The notes beneath the pieces were generated by a model that searched no databases, was not told where the DNA came from, and was given only the letters and a program-made list of their open reading frames with translations. Shown in pieces: positions 1 through 14,074 of a stretch of DNA of 64,000 nt; positions within the stretch are counted from its first letter, which is position 1, and the number at the start of each line of letters is the position of its first letter. The translations under genes and the position numbers were made by a program. Source of the stretch: Chlorokybus atmophyticus (lineage: Eukaryota; Plantae; Mesostigma and Chlorokybus algae); contig RHPI01003041.1 of the NCBI GenBank assembly GCA_009103225.1, forward strand, positions 401,001 through 465,000. Reading direction: 5' to 3'.

Positions 1-23
1 TCACAACGTTTTCTGCCCGTCAG

Positions 24-1335
24 GTGGCCGTCATTTTTGCGGAGATAATTGATCACATAGCAGAGTTGATGGTCGACCCGTTTGGCAATTACCTTGCTCA
101 AAAGTTGTTAGAGGTCTGCAACGAAGACCAACGTTATGCCGTGTTGAGACGGGTCACTTCTGGACATCAGCTTGTCCATATATCAGTGGACATGCACGGG
201 TAAGATTCAGATACTTCCCCTTCAAGTGCCAGTACACCTTTCTGGTGCCAAATGTCTGGTCATCATTGACTGTCAATGCTGCAACCCAACACAGTCTTGT
301 TGTTGTTTATGTTTCTGGTGGACAGGACTCGAGCGGTGCAGAAGTTGATTGAAACGCTAAAGGAGCCCGATCAAGTGAGCATGGTGGTGAGGGCGCTTTC
401 GGCGGGAGTGGTGACGCTAGTGAAGGACCTCAACGGCAACCATGTTGTGCAGCGCTGTCTACAGAGGCTGTCCGCTGAGGACAACCAGTTCATTTTTGAT
501 GCTGCAGTCAATAACTGTGTGGAGGTCTCCACGCACCGGCATGGTTGCTGTGTCCTGCAGCGGTGCGTGGACTACGCCAGCGGCGCGCAGCAGCACCGCC
601 TTGTCGGCGAAATAGCCGCACACGCTCTGGTCCTGTCACAGGTGTGCTATGTTGGCAACTGTTTCGACACTTGTATCTCTGTCTGCGCGTGTTTTATTGC
701 TTGCATGCAGTTGTACAAATCATGAAAAGCTACATATACACAACTGCATATTCTGTCCCTTATTGTATGCACTACTGCTCTGCAGGATCCGTTTGGAAAC
801 TACGTGGTCCAGTACGTGCTGGACCTGGGCATGCCTTGGGTCATGATTGAGGTCATTTCAAGGCTGGAGGGGCACGTCAGCTACCTTGCGATGCAGAAGT
901 TCTCGTCGAATGTGGTCGAGAAGCTCCTGAAGCTTGCGCCTGACGATCACCGCAGCCGCATTGTCCGAGAGGTGACCGCGTCGCCGCGCCTTGGCCACCT
1001 GCTGCAGGACCCATACGCCAACTATGTCGTGCAATCGGCGCTCACAGTTTCAAAGGTGCGTTCTGTGTGCTTATATGTGGCCAATTTGCAGGAAAATACC
1101 AATGTACCACTTGCATCCGAGAACGAGACTATGATAGGGCCTGTTGCAACAGCCGATCACACTCATGTTGGTGTACGACGCGTTTTGATCAGTTGCTAAC
1201 TTCTCTGTGGTATTGTTTTACATGCAGGGTAACTTGCATCAAGCCCTGGTAGAGGCAATTAAGCCGCATTTGCCCGCGCTGCGCAGCAGCCCTTACGGCA
1301 AACGCATTCTGTCACGCACCAATATCAAGAAGTGA
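24..1335 (+). CDS. Pumilio/PUF RNA-binding protein, C-terminal exons (5' end lies outside the window)
   Basis: GT-AG exons 24-199, 326-641, 786-1055 and 1228-1335 join in frame into successive Puf repeats: LMVDPFGNYLAQKLLE, ISVDMHGTRAVQKLIE, LVKDLNGNHVVQRCL, VSTHRHGCCVLQRCVD, LSQDPFGNYVVQYVL, LAMQKFSSNVVEKLL, LLQDPYANYVVQSAL, ending SSPYGKRILSRTNIKK* (TGA ends at 1335). Confidence 0.93.
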
Positions 1336-3162
1336 GTGGCGTCAGCAGGGCAAAATCTACGCAACATGCAGTGGAGCAGTGGACCCCATTAAGTTCTCCC
1401 CTTTCCCAGTCCCAGCCCCGCTGCGTTTGTGCTCACTTCGTGCATCTTGAGTACATATTGTACCGTACATCATCAACAGTATGCTTAGTGTAATTGTCAT
1501 TTCTAGACAGAGATTCCGGTCGCATCGGCCCCATCACGCGACCTCATGCCAAGTTTCACGCCCTCAACAAGCGCCTGTAGACGCATACAGGCGTCACTGA
1601 TCTCTGACCCAAATCTTCAAGGCCACAAGCACCGGGCGCGCGCATAAGGTGAAGTACATGGGGTTCATAAGTTGGGTGCATGCGAGTGGCGGATTGCGCG
1701 CGCGCAACAGCTCCTTTGGGACTTGGGGCCCTTTGTATGCACACATCATTCTCTTTTAGGTAGAAAAACGCTGTTTTGTACTATTTATTCAACTTGGCTG
1801 GCTTGGCCATTGTACCAATGCCACACCTGTCCAGTTGCTTATCCTGCCAATCACATTCATGCGCACACACTACATGATGATCGTACACACTGAGTCGTCA
1901 TGTTCTTGGCTTGTGACGTACATGTGTTTGTCACCGCACTGCATTCTTTGTACACACTAGAACAGTAATTTCATTTTGCTTAGGGATGCCCTTATCAAGG
2001 TCTATTGGCCGTTACTGGTGGTGGTCGCATTCTTGAATACCTTTACAATGAAACTCTGGCAGCGTAGAGTTGTGTACCGGGCTGGCATGAAACTGACTCT
2101 CTACTAACAGCAAAATCGTCACACCAAGCTATGTACTGTCATCCCTGCCTATCGTTGCACAAGCATACTCACATGCATGTCAGCTGCATGCAAGCACGCC
2201 TACACATGCAGGCACGCCTACACAACTACACCGCCGCAGCTGCCAGCACAGCGTCCGCTTCCGCCGTTGGCGCCGCCGTCTGGAACGGACCCCAGCCTAG
2301 TACTGCCGCTACGACTGCCGCCCCCCGCTCCAGGATGGTGATGCCCTACGCGCGCTGCAGCGCGCATGACACGCGCTGCCGGTACAGAGCCAAGTAGTGG
2401 CATACCCGACATACTCCACAACTGTTGCAGCTGCGTTGGTAGCATGCCTAACCTGGTGTGCGCTGCGTATGAGGACGTCTAGTTGATGTTGCTTCACCGG
2501 ATATTAGCAATAGCATTAGACGGTGTGGCGGTTGTGGTTGTTGCTTCTGATGGTGTGGTGAATGAATATGGACACTGGGCTCTGTGGAGTTCAAAGTTGG
2601 CAAAGCGATAATAACGGATTGCAGGCCCAATGTCATGTGCTGCATAAAGCTGAAGTGCAATTAGAGTGCCACACACACGTGCAGCCACAAAGATAAAACA
2701 AAGACAAAGATTTGAGGGGCAGACTTTGGCCCCTCAAGTTAAAGCAATGAGTCGGCGTTTTGGCTCAAATTCAGCAGACCATTACGACCATCTACACAGC
2801 TCTTCAACGCATACATACTTGTGACGACATGATAATCATTATGTCTTGCTATCGTTGTTGACTATTGGTGGTGATGCAATCGTCCATCTGATATAATGTT
2901 CAACACGAAGCTTGTTATGAATGTTGTTTATGATACATAAACACAATCATCCCGTGCAAATGCTACAGCGTAGCATATACAAAAGGTACTTATCACAACC
3001 ATTCCATGCACACAAGCACTCGGCATAAGCAAGGTATTGCATCAATATTAGGTGCGCTCAACAATAAACAAATCACAGTAGGAGACCTTCCGCACACTGC
3101 TTCTCTGCAGTGTGCCATGCATATCATGCAATGCACCGCATGATTGTGAGTTTGCGCACGAC

Positions 3163-3258
<96 letters not shown>

Positions 3259-3582
3259 NACAATAGTACAATTGTGCATTGTCTATGGCATGGTAGGAGT
3301 GAGGGCTAGGTGGCGACTAGTACCTGTAGAAGCGTTGGATGTGATGGCTGCCTACTCGTAGTGTATGTCGCTGGTGTCGGATGATATGCTTGTGCCTCTG
3401 CGCTTGTCAATGTGTGGTATAATTGGTGTCATGACAAGCCTCTAGGGTTGTTCATGAAATGTTGCACGTCCAGCAACATTTCATAGACACGTACTTATTG
3501 TGCTGGCACTGAGTACGAGCATCTCACGTATGCTCGCACTCAGTGCCAGCAAGATGCATGCAAGTGCAAGCTCAACACACAC

Positions 3583-3584
<2 letters not shown>

Positions 3585-3612
<28 letters not shown>
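3585..3612. repeat. (GA)n microsatellite
   Basis: About 14 consecutive GA dinucleotides, read directly. Confidence 0.9.
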
Positions 3613-3618
<6 letters not shown>

Positions 3619-4977
3619 AATCACAAACTGTTGCACGTGATGTGCGCAACGTACATTATCTACGCGGTGCTTCTTGCAACATGACCACAGCTTTGGTACT
3701 GGTTGAAATCTGCAAGCATTCACATGATGTGGTAGACCAACAACTGTAAGAGGAAGCAGACTTAAAAAAATTTAGGTTTATAAGCAGACTTAAAACAATT
3801 TAAGGTGTATAAGTATCATTTTGCGATTCACGAAAGGAGCCTTTGTTACAAATCATAAGTAGCCGCCATAACGTGGACTTTGTCAATATGCCGTATATGT
3901 ATTGCATATATTAATGCGATGAAGCTTGCATTTAATGTGGTAACAATTTTATGATTTATGTACGTATTGTACTCTTTATTGTATAAGACTCCCACTTGTA
4001 ATGCTTTGAAGGCCTCAATGTGCAATATAAGAAATTATATTTATACATGTATATGTGCGCAACTTACAATGTATGAAAATAATTCTATTATAATAATTGG
4101 CAATAATATTATAAAATATGATATGCGTTTTGGTACAGCATATCGTGAATAACTTATTGGATGCATGAGCATGTGTCACACTATGTTAAATGGATGACCT
4201 GAGTCATAAGCTGCACTCATACGGCAATCGTTGCGAGTTGTTATCTTCTACATGTACATTGTGAAACCATCCAATGTGTGCGTTACTCACTGAGAGTGTG
4301 ACACACTTTGCCCAACCAAGCAAGAGGGGTATTCTTACACACAATTTGCCAGTCGTACGTTAGGGCCTGCGACAATTTGTCCCTAACGTACGCTGTTGTC
4401 GACAAGGCTCGCCTTGGCAACAACGCCTGCCAGGGGAAAGTCTACAACATCAGCCCCGCTTATGCCTTTCATGGCGCAAAGGCGGGCGCCAAGCTAGGAA
4501 TTTGGGGAGAGGCGGCAATGATGGCGTTGGCGTTGTTGGTGGCGTTTGGTCCTCGCGTAAGCCAGCGCATGCCCACGCTGGGATGACCGGTTGGTATGCT
4601 CATACACGGCAATGCCAGCTGTCTTGTCAATGTGTCACATGTGTTAGCGCCTCCGCGAAGCATCCAAGTTTGGCGTCAGCCCGTATTGGCTCTTAGTGCC
4701 TTACTTGTGAGCTTAGCTGGCCTGCTTCCTTCTTTGAAAGTTTGGTGACCGGCAGCACAGCACGCAAGGCATGCTGCCTCTGCCACCTCCGCCGCCATTT
4801 GAGAATGCCATGTGCCCTTTGGGCTTGATGGGCCAAGCTTTATCTTTCCCCCCTACCGCCTGGCATTGGCGTTGGGGTTTAGCTGGTTAGATTGGCTTGA
4901 GCAGAGGAGGCATTTTGGGTTGAGCAGTTGTTGTAGTTTGCATTGCCGTTAGGGTTGTCGTTGTTTACCTCGCAAAC

Positions 4978-7137
4978 ATGGATCAGGCGCAGAGTGAGGT
5001 TCAAGATCAGGTTCAGGATTTAGACCATGCCTTGGTGTTGAGGCTGGCGTTCATGTACTACAACCCGATTGCGCTGTGCATACTGTTTGTCTGGCTATGG
5101 GGGCTCAACCTGTGGGTTTGGGAGCGCAACCACGTCAACTATGAGAGGGTTCTGGACCTGCCCGATTCCGGCAGCCATCTGCAAGTCAAGGACACATTTC
5201 GGTTTGCTGCCATCCTCTCACTACTGCTACTCGCCTCGCTTGGTAAGTGCATTGCACGCAAGTTACCAGCTTCTATCTTGAGTGACTCTGCTGGTAAGTG
5301 CAATCGTACATGTCATCGGCTACTCGTTCTTTTGCCTGACAACAATTCCGTTATCAGCACATAGCCGCAGATGCAAGCACAGGCACCCATGAACACACCC
5401 AAGCGCTGTGTGTGCGTGCGTTGCAGCATTGCTTGCAGTCAAGGTGGCGCGTAGAGTTCAGACTACCGTGTGTGCAATCCATTCATTGTGAACAAGTTTG
5501 TGTGCACTAAGCAGTCAGAAGATGTCACACTTTTCAATCACGTTGCACAGTTGCATTGGTTTTTGTTCTGTGCAATGCAAGTGGTGGTCCTGTCGTGCAT
5601 GAAAAAAGCAACTTGTATGTGAGGCAAACTTTTCATGCTTGCGTTGATCTTGAAGGCGCCTTCCTGCACGCCATCACCGCACAGTCATGGCATTTGGCGT
5701 CCCTCCATCCCGCACTGTTGTATGCGCTTCTCCCAGTGCTGATGCTGGCTCCTGTGCCGTACCTCTACCCCCGTTCCCGCGCCATGTTTACACGCTGCCT
5801 TCAACGCATGTTGATGCCCATTATGCAGCCCGTGTTGTTCGTCGATTTATTCGTTGCTGACGTGTTTACGTCTATGGCAAAGGTACACGACTTAGAGCAA
5901 GTCCGCATGCCTAGCGTGTGTGTCAGCACTGCAATTTTTGCACTGCTGCAACATGCATACAGAATGACTTGTTTGGAAGTGACATGCATCTGCTTGCTGC
6001 GTTGTGCAACTCAGCTGCAACAACTAGCTCTGTGCCTCTTACTGGTGCTTGTGCAACCACTCTTCAGGTCCTGTCAGATGTAGAGCGCGTGTTGTGTCGC
6101 TTGACATCCGGACCAATACTCTCTGTGCTGGGAGACGCAAATGACGTGTGTGGCTCGCATTCAGCCGCCATACCCGCCTTGCTGGCTTTACCTTACTTGA
6201 TCCGCTTGCTTCAATGCCTCCGCTCGCACCGGGACACTGGCGAAAAGGGCCATTTGCTCAATGCGCTGAAGTACTTCACAGCATTTCCTGTGATTTTTCT
6301 GTCCTTCAGCAAGTACTATGTCCCGCTCCCGCACTGGGTTGCCTTCTACAAACCCGCCTGGCTACTAGCAAGGTACATGTGCACCGTTTCGAGCAAGGCA
6401 CAATAAGTCCACATGACTGTTTAGTATGCCCACACGTGCATGCATGCATGCTTGCACACGCAGGCGTACGTGCAAATGCATGCACACCCCAAAACCACAC
6501 ACACGCACACCATATAGACCAAGCTTTGCATAGTTGCTGTTGAATAAACCTTGCTGTTAGCATGTAGCCATGTCTTCTGCAAACAATTATGCTCACATAG
6601 TTGTCTGGCTGTGTTAGACGCACAGTCCACTGGGCGCCTAGCGACACTCACATGGACCAGCCTTCACTCATGCAACACTTAGCCAATTGTGATAATAGCA
6701 GTCTTTTACAGCAGCTACTGCTACAAACCTCGGTATCTCTCTTTCTTGGCAGTGTTGTCAACTCATGCTACAGCTTCTACTGGGACGTGGCACGCGACTG
6801 GGACCTGACCCTGTTCTCAGCCAATAATGGTTGCTTATCGGGAGTGCCGGTGCGGCATCCAGGGCTGAGGTCAACGCTGTTCTTCCCGTGGCCTTGGGTG
6901 TACTACTGGGCAATATTTAGCGACGCGCTGCTTCGCGCCACATGGACATACAAGCTGTCCGCCCACCTGCGACATAATGAGTACACGGTCACGCTCATTA
7001 GTCTGTGTGAGATCCTGCGGCGCTGGCAGTGGATGTTTTTCCGGGTGGAAACGGAGTGGCGCCGCATATGCTTGAAACAGGGAACCTTGCCAGGTAAAAG
7101 TGGCTCTGATATACAGCTATACCACTTACATAGCTGA
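4978..7137 (+). CDS. EXS-domain (ERD1/XPR1/SYG1) multi-pass membrane protein, apparently without an SPX domain
   Basis: Exons approx. 4978-5242, 5670-5881, 6068-6372, 6749-7137. Motifs: WLWGLNLWVWERNHVNYERVL, VLFVDLFVADVFTSMAK, LPYLIRLLQCLR..HLLNALKYFTAFPVIFLS, VNSCYSFYWDVARDWDL, YYWAIFSDALLRATWTYKLS, EILRRWQWMFFRVETEW. Confidence 0.88.
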
Positions 7138-10069
7138 TTGGAACGAGTGTGTGCTGTCGCATGGGAGGATGTCTGTGTCTGGTGATGTCCACGTCAGCTA
7201 TAAGGGCACCTCCTTATGGAACACTAGCTGCCATGAACATGACTGCAGTGATGATGGCTTGAACCCATATCACGTGTCTGTTCAGATGCACCGGATGGAA
7301 CCACTGTACCGTTAATTATAGCCGCGCCCAAGCCCGTGAGCAACGGCTGGAGTGACTACAGGAGTGATTAGGGCAAATGTTGCATGGTGCAGTTGGAATT
7401 GATGGGTTGCTGTAGAGCAAGATTATCACTACTTCATTGTTGATACATATGCTCCTGCGTTTGCTTGACAACATTATATGCGCACTGGATGTCCCAGATT
7501 ACAAAATATGCAACGCAGACCACTACAGCTCTGCCTTGCCAAGCAGCCTGCTAGTGCCTGCCAGACCACTGCAGCTCTCCCTACACTATCGCACAACCAC
7601 ATCCCACACGCCTCTACAGCTAGTGACTCTCTGGCTAATATTGCAACTGTACATGATCTGGCTCCACACAATGTCACCTAGCCACACATCCGCACTACCA
7701 ACCACGCAAGATGTGCCGGCTTCGGCCGCTGATGTGTTCATGCTGTCGTTGCCAGCACTGGCTCACGGCGAAGAAAAGCTACTCGGGCGGCGCACGTGTA
7801 GCGCCCCGCATGTCTTGGGCTTGATGGGCATAGATGCTGAACACTTTGTGGAAATCCTTGCCTAGGGTGCCACAAATGTATGCTGCCGGGAAGAAGATGT
7901 TGCTGGGTACGCGCGGTATATTTGCCGCTCACCTTGTTTCACTTGGAGCACTCGCTTGCCGCAGGCCGTGATGGTCATGTTGAGTAGCATGCGAGAGTTG
8001 TACCTGGCTCCAACGCCACCAAGTCAATCCGGTGGTCTCGCTTGGGGCGATTGGCGCGAAGTTGGTATGCTCGCGGCTCACGTTGCACCTGTGTAGCTCC
8101 CGCAATGTCGAACCCAACCACACATATACAGATATTTGTAAGTCCAGTCTACAGGCAGCAGGTGGTGCGCGCGCCGCAGCGCGCGCAGAGCCTGGCAGTG
8201 CTGGAGTAGATGTTGCGGCGGCGGCTGCAGTGCCGGGGTGTAGCCACGTGCCCAGTCTGCACGGACAATGGAGGATGCAATGTTGGCTGTGTAGACCGTA
8301 CGTGTTGTGTGTATGAGGATAGGCATGGTTGTATAGGAGTTGACTGATCGCTGTAATACTGTGTAACAGAGCGCGTGTGTCACACTTTCCTACACACTCA
8401 CGAGCCATGCACCAGACGCAGTTACTCGCACACAGCAGCAGCCATATCACACAGCACACCCACACCAGCACGCGCCTAGTCTGAGCACACTACAGCACAT
8501 ATGCCGTCCAGCAGATTGACTATGCATGTTTAACAGCACTGCACATAATTTGTACACCCACACTAGCACGCGCTCACGCGGCGCGTCTGCATGCCACATG
8601 CTGGTCGTGCTCCGTCGTCGCGTCGCTCCCAGCAATCCATGGCGCGCGCCGCATCCACCTCAGTCACTGTCACACGAAGGGCTCGGGGTGATGGGCGATG
8701 GATAGCAGAACACCTCGTTGTGCAGGGCGTCGGCCAAGTGCCTGCCAGCAGCCTGCTGATGCTTACCGACCTGAAGCACTCAACTGTCTGTCATGCTATA
8801 CGGGTCTTGCGGGCTGCCATAGCCGGAGATGATAACATGATATCGTAGCGGTGCCTGCTGCTGAGCGCTGCGTGACAACGATCACAGCGTGTTGGCAACA
8901 CGCCTTGCATGTTATGGCCATATCATATAACTTACAGCAGAGCTGCGCGAAGCACGCTCCAAGAACAAAGGGTGTGCAAACGCATGGCATAAGCATGGGC
9001 ACACAGCAGCCCGTGTGGGCTAGTAATGTTAAACGTGTGCATGTACATGCATGTCTAACGGGGAAGGCTAGTAGCTGGTAGTTTATTGCAGTAGAATTAG
9101 CCTGGTGGTGACAACGGTGGAATGTATACTAGTGTGCATGTAATGCTTGAGTGGTTGTGATGCATTGCATGCGTGTGCCTGATAGCACGTCATATATCCT
9201 GTACACTACAAGCACACGCTCTTTTGTACACAAGCAAGCCAATGGATTAGGCGGAGGCCAAGGTAGAGCTTGTAAGATACAACTCTTGGCTAGACACAAC
9301 CACTAATCTAGACTCTCAAGCAGCAACGGTGGTGTGGGACGCAAGTGGGTACAGCAAGACAAGGGGTGGCAACCTGCAGAGCGCAGGGAGGTATCCTGCA
9401 TGATGATTATAGCGGTGCGCATGAGCGGCGTGCGGTGGCTACCAAACGGTGCAAGCTTGGCAGCCACACGCCGGGGAAAACCTGTACCCAGCGGTGATGC
9501 ATTGGTTGGGAGGACTCGCAGCACGCGCTCAACCTTTGCGCGCGCAACATCATGGCGCTTCCTCATCCAGTATCATTGACACCACTACCGGGCTATACAC
9601 ACTGTTCATTGCCACCTGACGTGCAACACAACCCAAGACCTCCCCATTAGGCATGCATACATGCGCATGACATTCTATTACCTTCCCATATGGGCCCCGC
9701 GATAGGAACTGAACTGACATGCAAAGTGACATTGTGGTACGTTGGTATATCAGGGGTTTTGATATTCTCTGTATGTTCTGTATGGGACTGAGTAAGCATT
9801 GCATGTTGATACTGCACAAGTAAGCTTACGTCAAGGTCAACTTTGGGGTAACGCACACTGGTTGCTACTACACCAAGGCAAAGCTGTGCTGGTAGTGAAG
9901 CAACTGCTTATTGTGTATAACCAACGCCAGTTTCCAGCCACCCAGCCACGAATTGCACTATCGCAACAATATAACCAACCTCTACTCAGCTTTATACTGA
10001 TACCTGCTGGCAAGGATTAGCACAGGTATCAGGCACCTAATGCACCAGTTTGCTGCCAACCATCATCGG

Positions 10070-13000
10070 CTAGTGTACAAGCGCTGGCTGCTTGACATCA
10101 TTGGCATGAGAGCTATTGACTGGAGAATCCACCTGCGACGCACAATAATAATCAATGTTGGTGTTGACATCACTGTTGCGAGATGGCACCTAACATGCAT
10201 GTGTGGAACTTACTGAGGCATGCTTGAAGAGCTCATCCAACACCTCAGACAACGTAGGGTGCGCGTGCACATTGAACTTGATGTCCTGAGAGAACAATGC
10301 AGGGCAAATTAGCGGTTGCATCTGCACCGCCGCGCATCATTTGCAACCAAATGACAGCATACTCAGCGCACCTCAACAGTTTGACCTGTGGCGATCGCAT
10401 TTGATGCCTCATGAATCAGATCCGCCGCATGCATACCCTGCAGGCAGTCGTAAATCAGAGTAGAGCGCATCTGTTGGTCAACACCCACAACCATCAAGCC
10501 TGACAACACCACTCTGTGCAAGAACAACGATGAAGCCTAGGCTTTCTCGAACTGAGGGTGGACGGCTGAGTAATACTTACAATGATATGTACACCAAGGA
10601 TTTCGCCAGTGTCTCCGCGGTAGATCATCTGCGTGTCAACAGCGTCATGTACAGCAAAAGTGAACAGGAATGTCGCAGCTTGCATCATCACATGTGTGTT
10701 CGGTTGAAGTACATCAGTTGAAAACGAGAGATACCTTCGCCATGCCCTCTCCCTCATTCTCAGCAAGAGCCTTGGAGTTGGCTTTGAAGCTGGTCTTAGC
10801 CACCTTGATCTTGAAGCCCTCAGCCGCAGCCTTCTCCTCTGCTTGCGGCTGCAAGCACGCAACATGTTTCAACTGCGCCTTAGCCAAGTAACTGTAGATT
10901 ACTGTCGGTTGAGTGTATATACCTGTGTCAGCCCAGCAAAGCTGATTTCTGGATGCGTGAAGCATGCAGCGGGCACACTGAGGTGGTTCAGGAGGTTGTC
11001 ATTGCCGCAGACATTCTCAATGACTGCAGAGCCACCACAGTGAGCGTGTAACCAAAGATTGTCAAAGGCGTTGACACCCAAATTGTGTCGCTCAAGTGAA
11101 CGTAACGCGCAGACACAATATCACCCCTGGTCAGGCTCTTATGATCATCTGCATGAGTGCAAACCTCTGACAAGCTTATACCTCAGCAGCATCCCAGTCA
11201 TGCAGACTTAGCTTCCATTTCTAAACTACTGCAGACTCTCTGGCAAGTACACAAGGCACGCCATGCAAGGATGTGTGCCATGGCAACAAGTACTCACCTG
11301 ATATGCCTTGTGCGCTGGCAGCGTGCGCGAGCATCATCAGGCCATTGGCATCACCGATGCAATACAAGTGGGGCACCTAAACATGCACAACATTGTACCT
11401 CAGTTCTCAACGGATGCCATTTTAGCTGACGATGATCACACAACACTACTGCAAGCACTACGCTACTCACCGGCTTGCCCTCAGTGTTCAGCACTTGGAA
11501 CTTGTCATTGACAGGAACAAACCCTCTCCTATCCGTGTCAGCATCCACCTGCAACCATGCTTGTGACTACTGAAGCAAAGCTTAAGTACTGGAGTACTGA
11601 TTTGAGACCGCACAGCTTCTCTTGAGCCTACGACTACGGCCGCACTATCTCTCAGTAAGCCAAAGCCTGCTGCTGGTGCATCATCATCATTAACTGGACT
11701 TACCGTAATCAAATCAAGGCCCTTGGTATATGGCGCCCTTCCAGTTGCGATCAAAGCCGCATCCACCTGCATGTGGCTTAGTCATTGCAACCACTGCATG
11801 AGGCCTGTGCATGTCTCGCCATGCTTGACTTGAAAGCCAAACCAAGTTGACATACACACCTCTAACACGTCCTTTGGCTCTCGTGTCTTGAAGTCAACCA
11901 GCTCAATCCTGACAGGTCCTCCATTGACACCTGGAGTAATCTACAGTACAACATGCCGCATTAGACAGAGAGTGATGCGACAGACATGTTGCATCTTGCG
12001 AGTGCATGAGTTCTTGGAGTGCTCACCGTCTGTGCAAGCACGCCAGTGTGGTAGTCAATGTTGCGAGGCTGGATAAGGATACGTTGCGCCATGCGTGCAA
12101 TCTCCGGGTCAAAGCCAGGCATGAGGTTGTCCAATGCTTCAACAAAAGTAACCTGTTGCAAGGCAGCATAAATGCGCTTGCACAACAGCACACCCACCAT
12201 TTCGAACAAACGGAAGCATTCAGCTCAGCTTACATCACTGCCCAATGCTGTGTATACATCGCTGAACTCCAGGCCAATGTAGCCCGAACCCACAATGCAC
12301 ACCCAGTTGGGAACCCACTCCATCTTCAATGCGTGATCACTGGTGAACACTGTCTTGCCTGTTACAAGTTGCAATCGTTAAGTAGAGGTATCAATATGCT
12401 GCCAGTGTGTCGTGAGATGCTAGCGTAGTAACAGTCGGGGAACAGGCAGTTGCTGTGACTGACATGGCTGGATAACATGCCACACAATGACTGTGCACGC
12501 AGCCTCTACCATGGCAACCTAGCAGTGTCCATTGTGCAGCAATGCATAATGGAACTCACCATCAACGGTGATGCCCGGGGGAACGAAGGGTGTGGAACCA
12601 GTTGCGATTATTATATCCCTCGCAGAGATGCTCTTCTCTGGATAGGTCTTACCAAACCCAACAACTTGTGGACCCTGCAATTGGTTGGTAACAGACAGCT
12701 ATCAACAAGTAGAACCTAATAACAGTCTTGCAAAGGCTGCACGGTCGTGACTAAGGCAGCTACAGTTGCTGCCAATATGATACAGGATGCACATGCTGAC
12801 ATATGATGCAAGAAGAACACGCTTGCATCATACATACATAGCTTGTGCATGTAGAGAAAACGATGCCTACAGACACTACCTTCATATGCACTGAAGTTAC
12901 TGAAAGAGTTGAGGAGGCAATACCCCAAGCCATATGAGTGTTTGCAATGCAAGGCAGTGCAGCACTCCGACCAAAGTACTGCATGTCGCATTGGCTTCTG

Positions 13001-14074
13001 TAGATGGCAATAAGCTGCTAACTCTTGTATATCCAATTTATTGCTCTCAACAGGGCATGACTCCTAGACATGATCTCAGAAAGCGCAAAAGCTTCAACTA
13101 ATGGACTGGGTTACCTGAATGGAACCAACACCCTCCAAGATATCCACACCCAACGCCTTCATGGAGTTCGCCAGGTTGCCCTGAACCTTTTTCGCTAGCA
13201 GGTTGGCGTGGTCTGCAATCCCTTGCCTGTCGTAACTGACACTGCCGACCTGTTGCACAAAAGTACTTGCGTGTTGAGCAATCTAGCGAGCAAGACAGCT
13301 GCAAGATACTTCTTGCATGTTCAATTGCATATGTGTATGTCCACTACCGACCAAGCTAGCGACAGATGTTGTTGCCCTGCTTGACAGAATACTTGGAGGA
13401 TGCACTCTATTGAGGGTTGAACAAGTGTAGTCTGTTCTTGTCTACAGCAAGTTGCAAGCATGAATGATTCGAATAGGAGAATGAAGCCATGCACAAACCT
13501 GAATTCCAAATTGCTTCAGGTGAGAAGCATTTCTCAGCTCTCTCAACCTTCCAGAGGCTGCCAGCAGCGCCTTGGAAGGCACGCAACCCCTGTTGACGCA
13601 GGTCCCGCCAATATCTTTGGACTCAATGATGGCAGTTTTGAGGCCCTGACAACAGCAACTGTGTGTGAGCGTTGTGTGTGCAAGTATGCTTGTGCATTGG
13701 CAATGCTGTGCAAAGCAGAAGCACATACACACAACCCAAACCTTAGAGACAGCGTGCAAAGCGGCTCCATGTCCTCCGACCCCAGCGCCGATGATGACGA
13801 CGTCATAATCGAATTGAGAAGTTGCTGAAACTGTTAGTGAGCGTCTTTGTGTGTTGACAGCTGGACCCGAGCTGTGAAGCTTAATCCGCCTCAGAGCAGC
13901 CGCATTGCCGCCCAGGCCCTGCGCTGAGCAGCTGCCAGGCTGCGACGACTGCAGCCTCCGCAGACCAGAGTAGCCCGCCTGGGGAGACGGTCGTCGGGGA
14001 GCTGCGGAAGGACCGGACGAAGGCGAGCAGCTCGACACCACCGTTCCGGACACCGCCACCGCCGCCGTCGCCAT
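10070..14074 (-). CDS. LPD1: Plastid dihydrolipoamide dehydrogenase (E3), multi-exon, with transit peptide
   Basis: ATG at 14074 followed by a Ser/Ala/Arg-rich presequence. Motifs: [18 protein letters not shown] (FAD), [16 protein letters not shown] (redox disulfide), [10 protein letters not shown] (NAD), [79 protein letters not shown]. Short last exon [20 protein letters not shown] with stop at 10070-10072. Confidence 0.95.

Noticed and set aside
2218-2497. GC-rich Gly/Ala-rich ORFs
   Set aside because: No recognisable domain or convincing gene structure.
2712-2737. 9-bp hairpin TTGAGGGGC/GCCCCTCAA as a Helitron 3' end
   Set aside because: No CTRR terminus at the expected distance on either strand.
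3164-3259. 95-nt poly-C giving poly-Pro/poly-Gly ORFs
   Set aside because: Homopolymer ending in N; typical contig-join or sequencing artefact. The same pattern occurs at 36069-36093 and 20141-20146.
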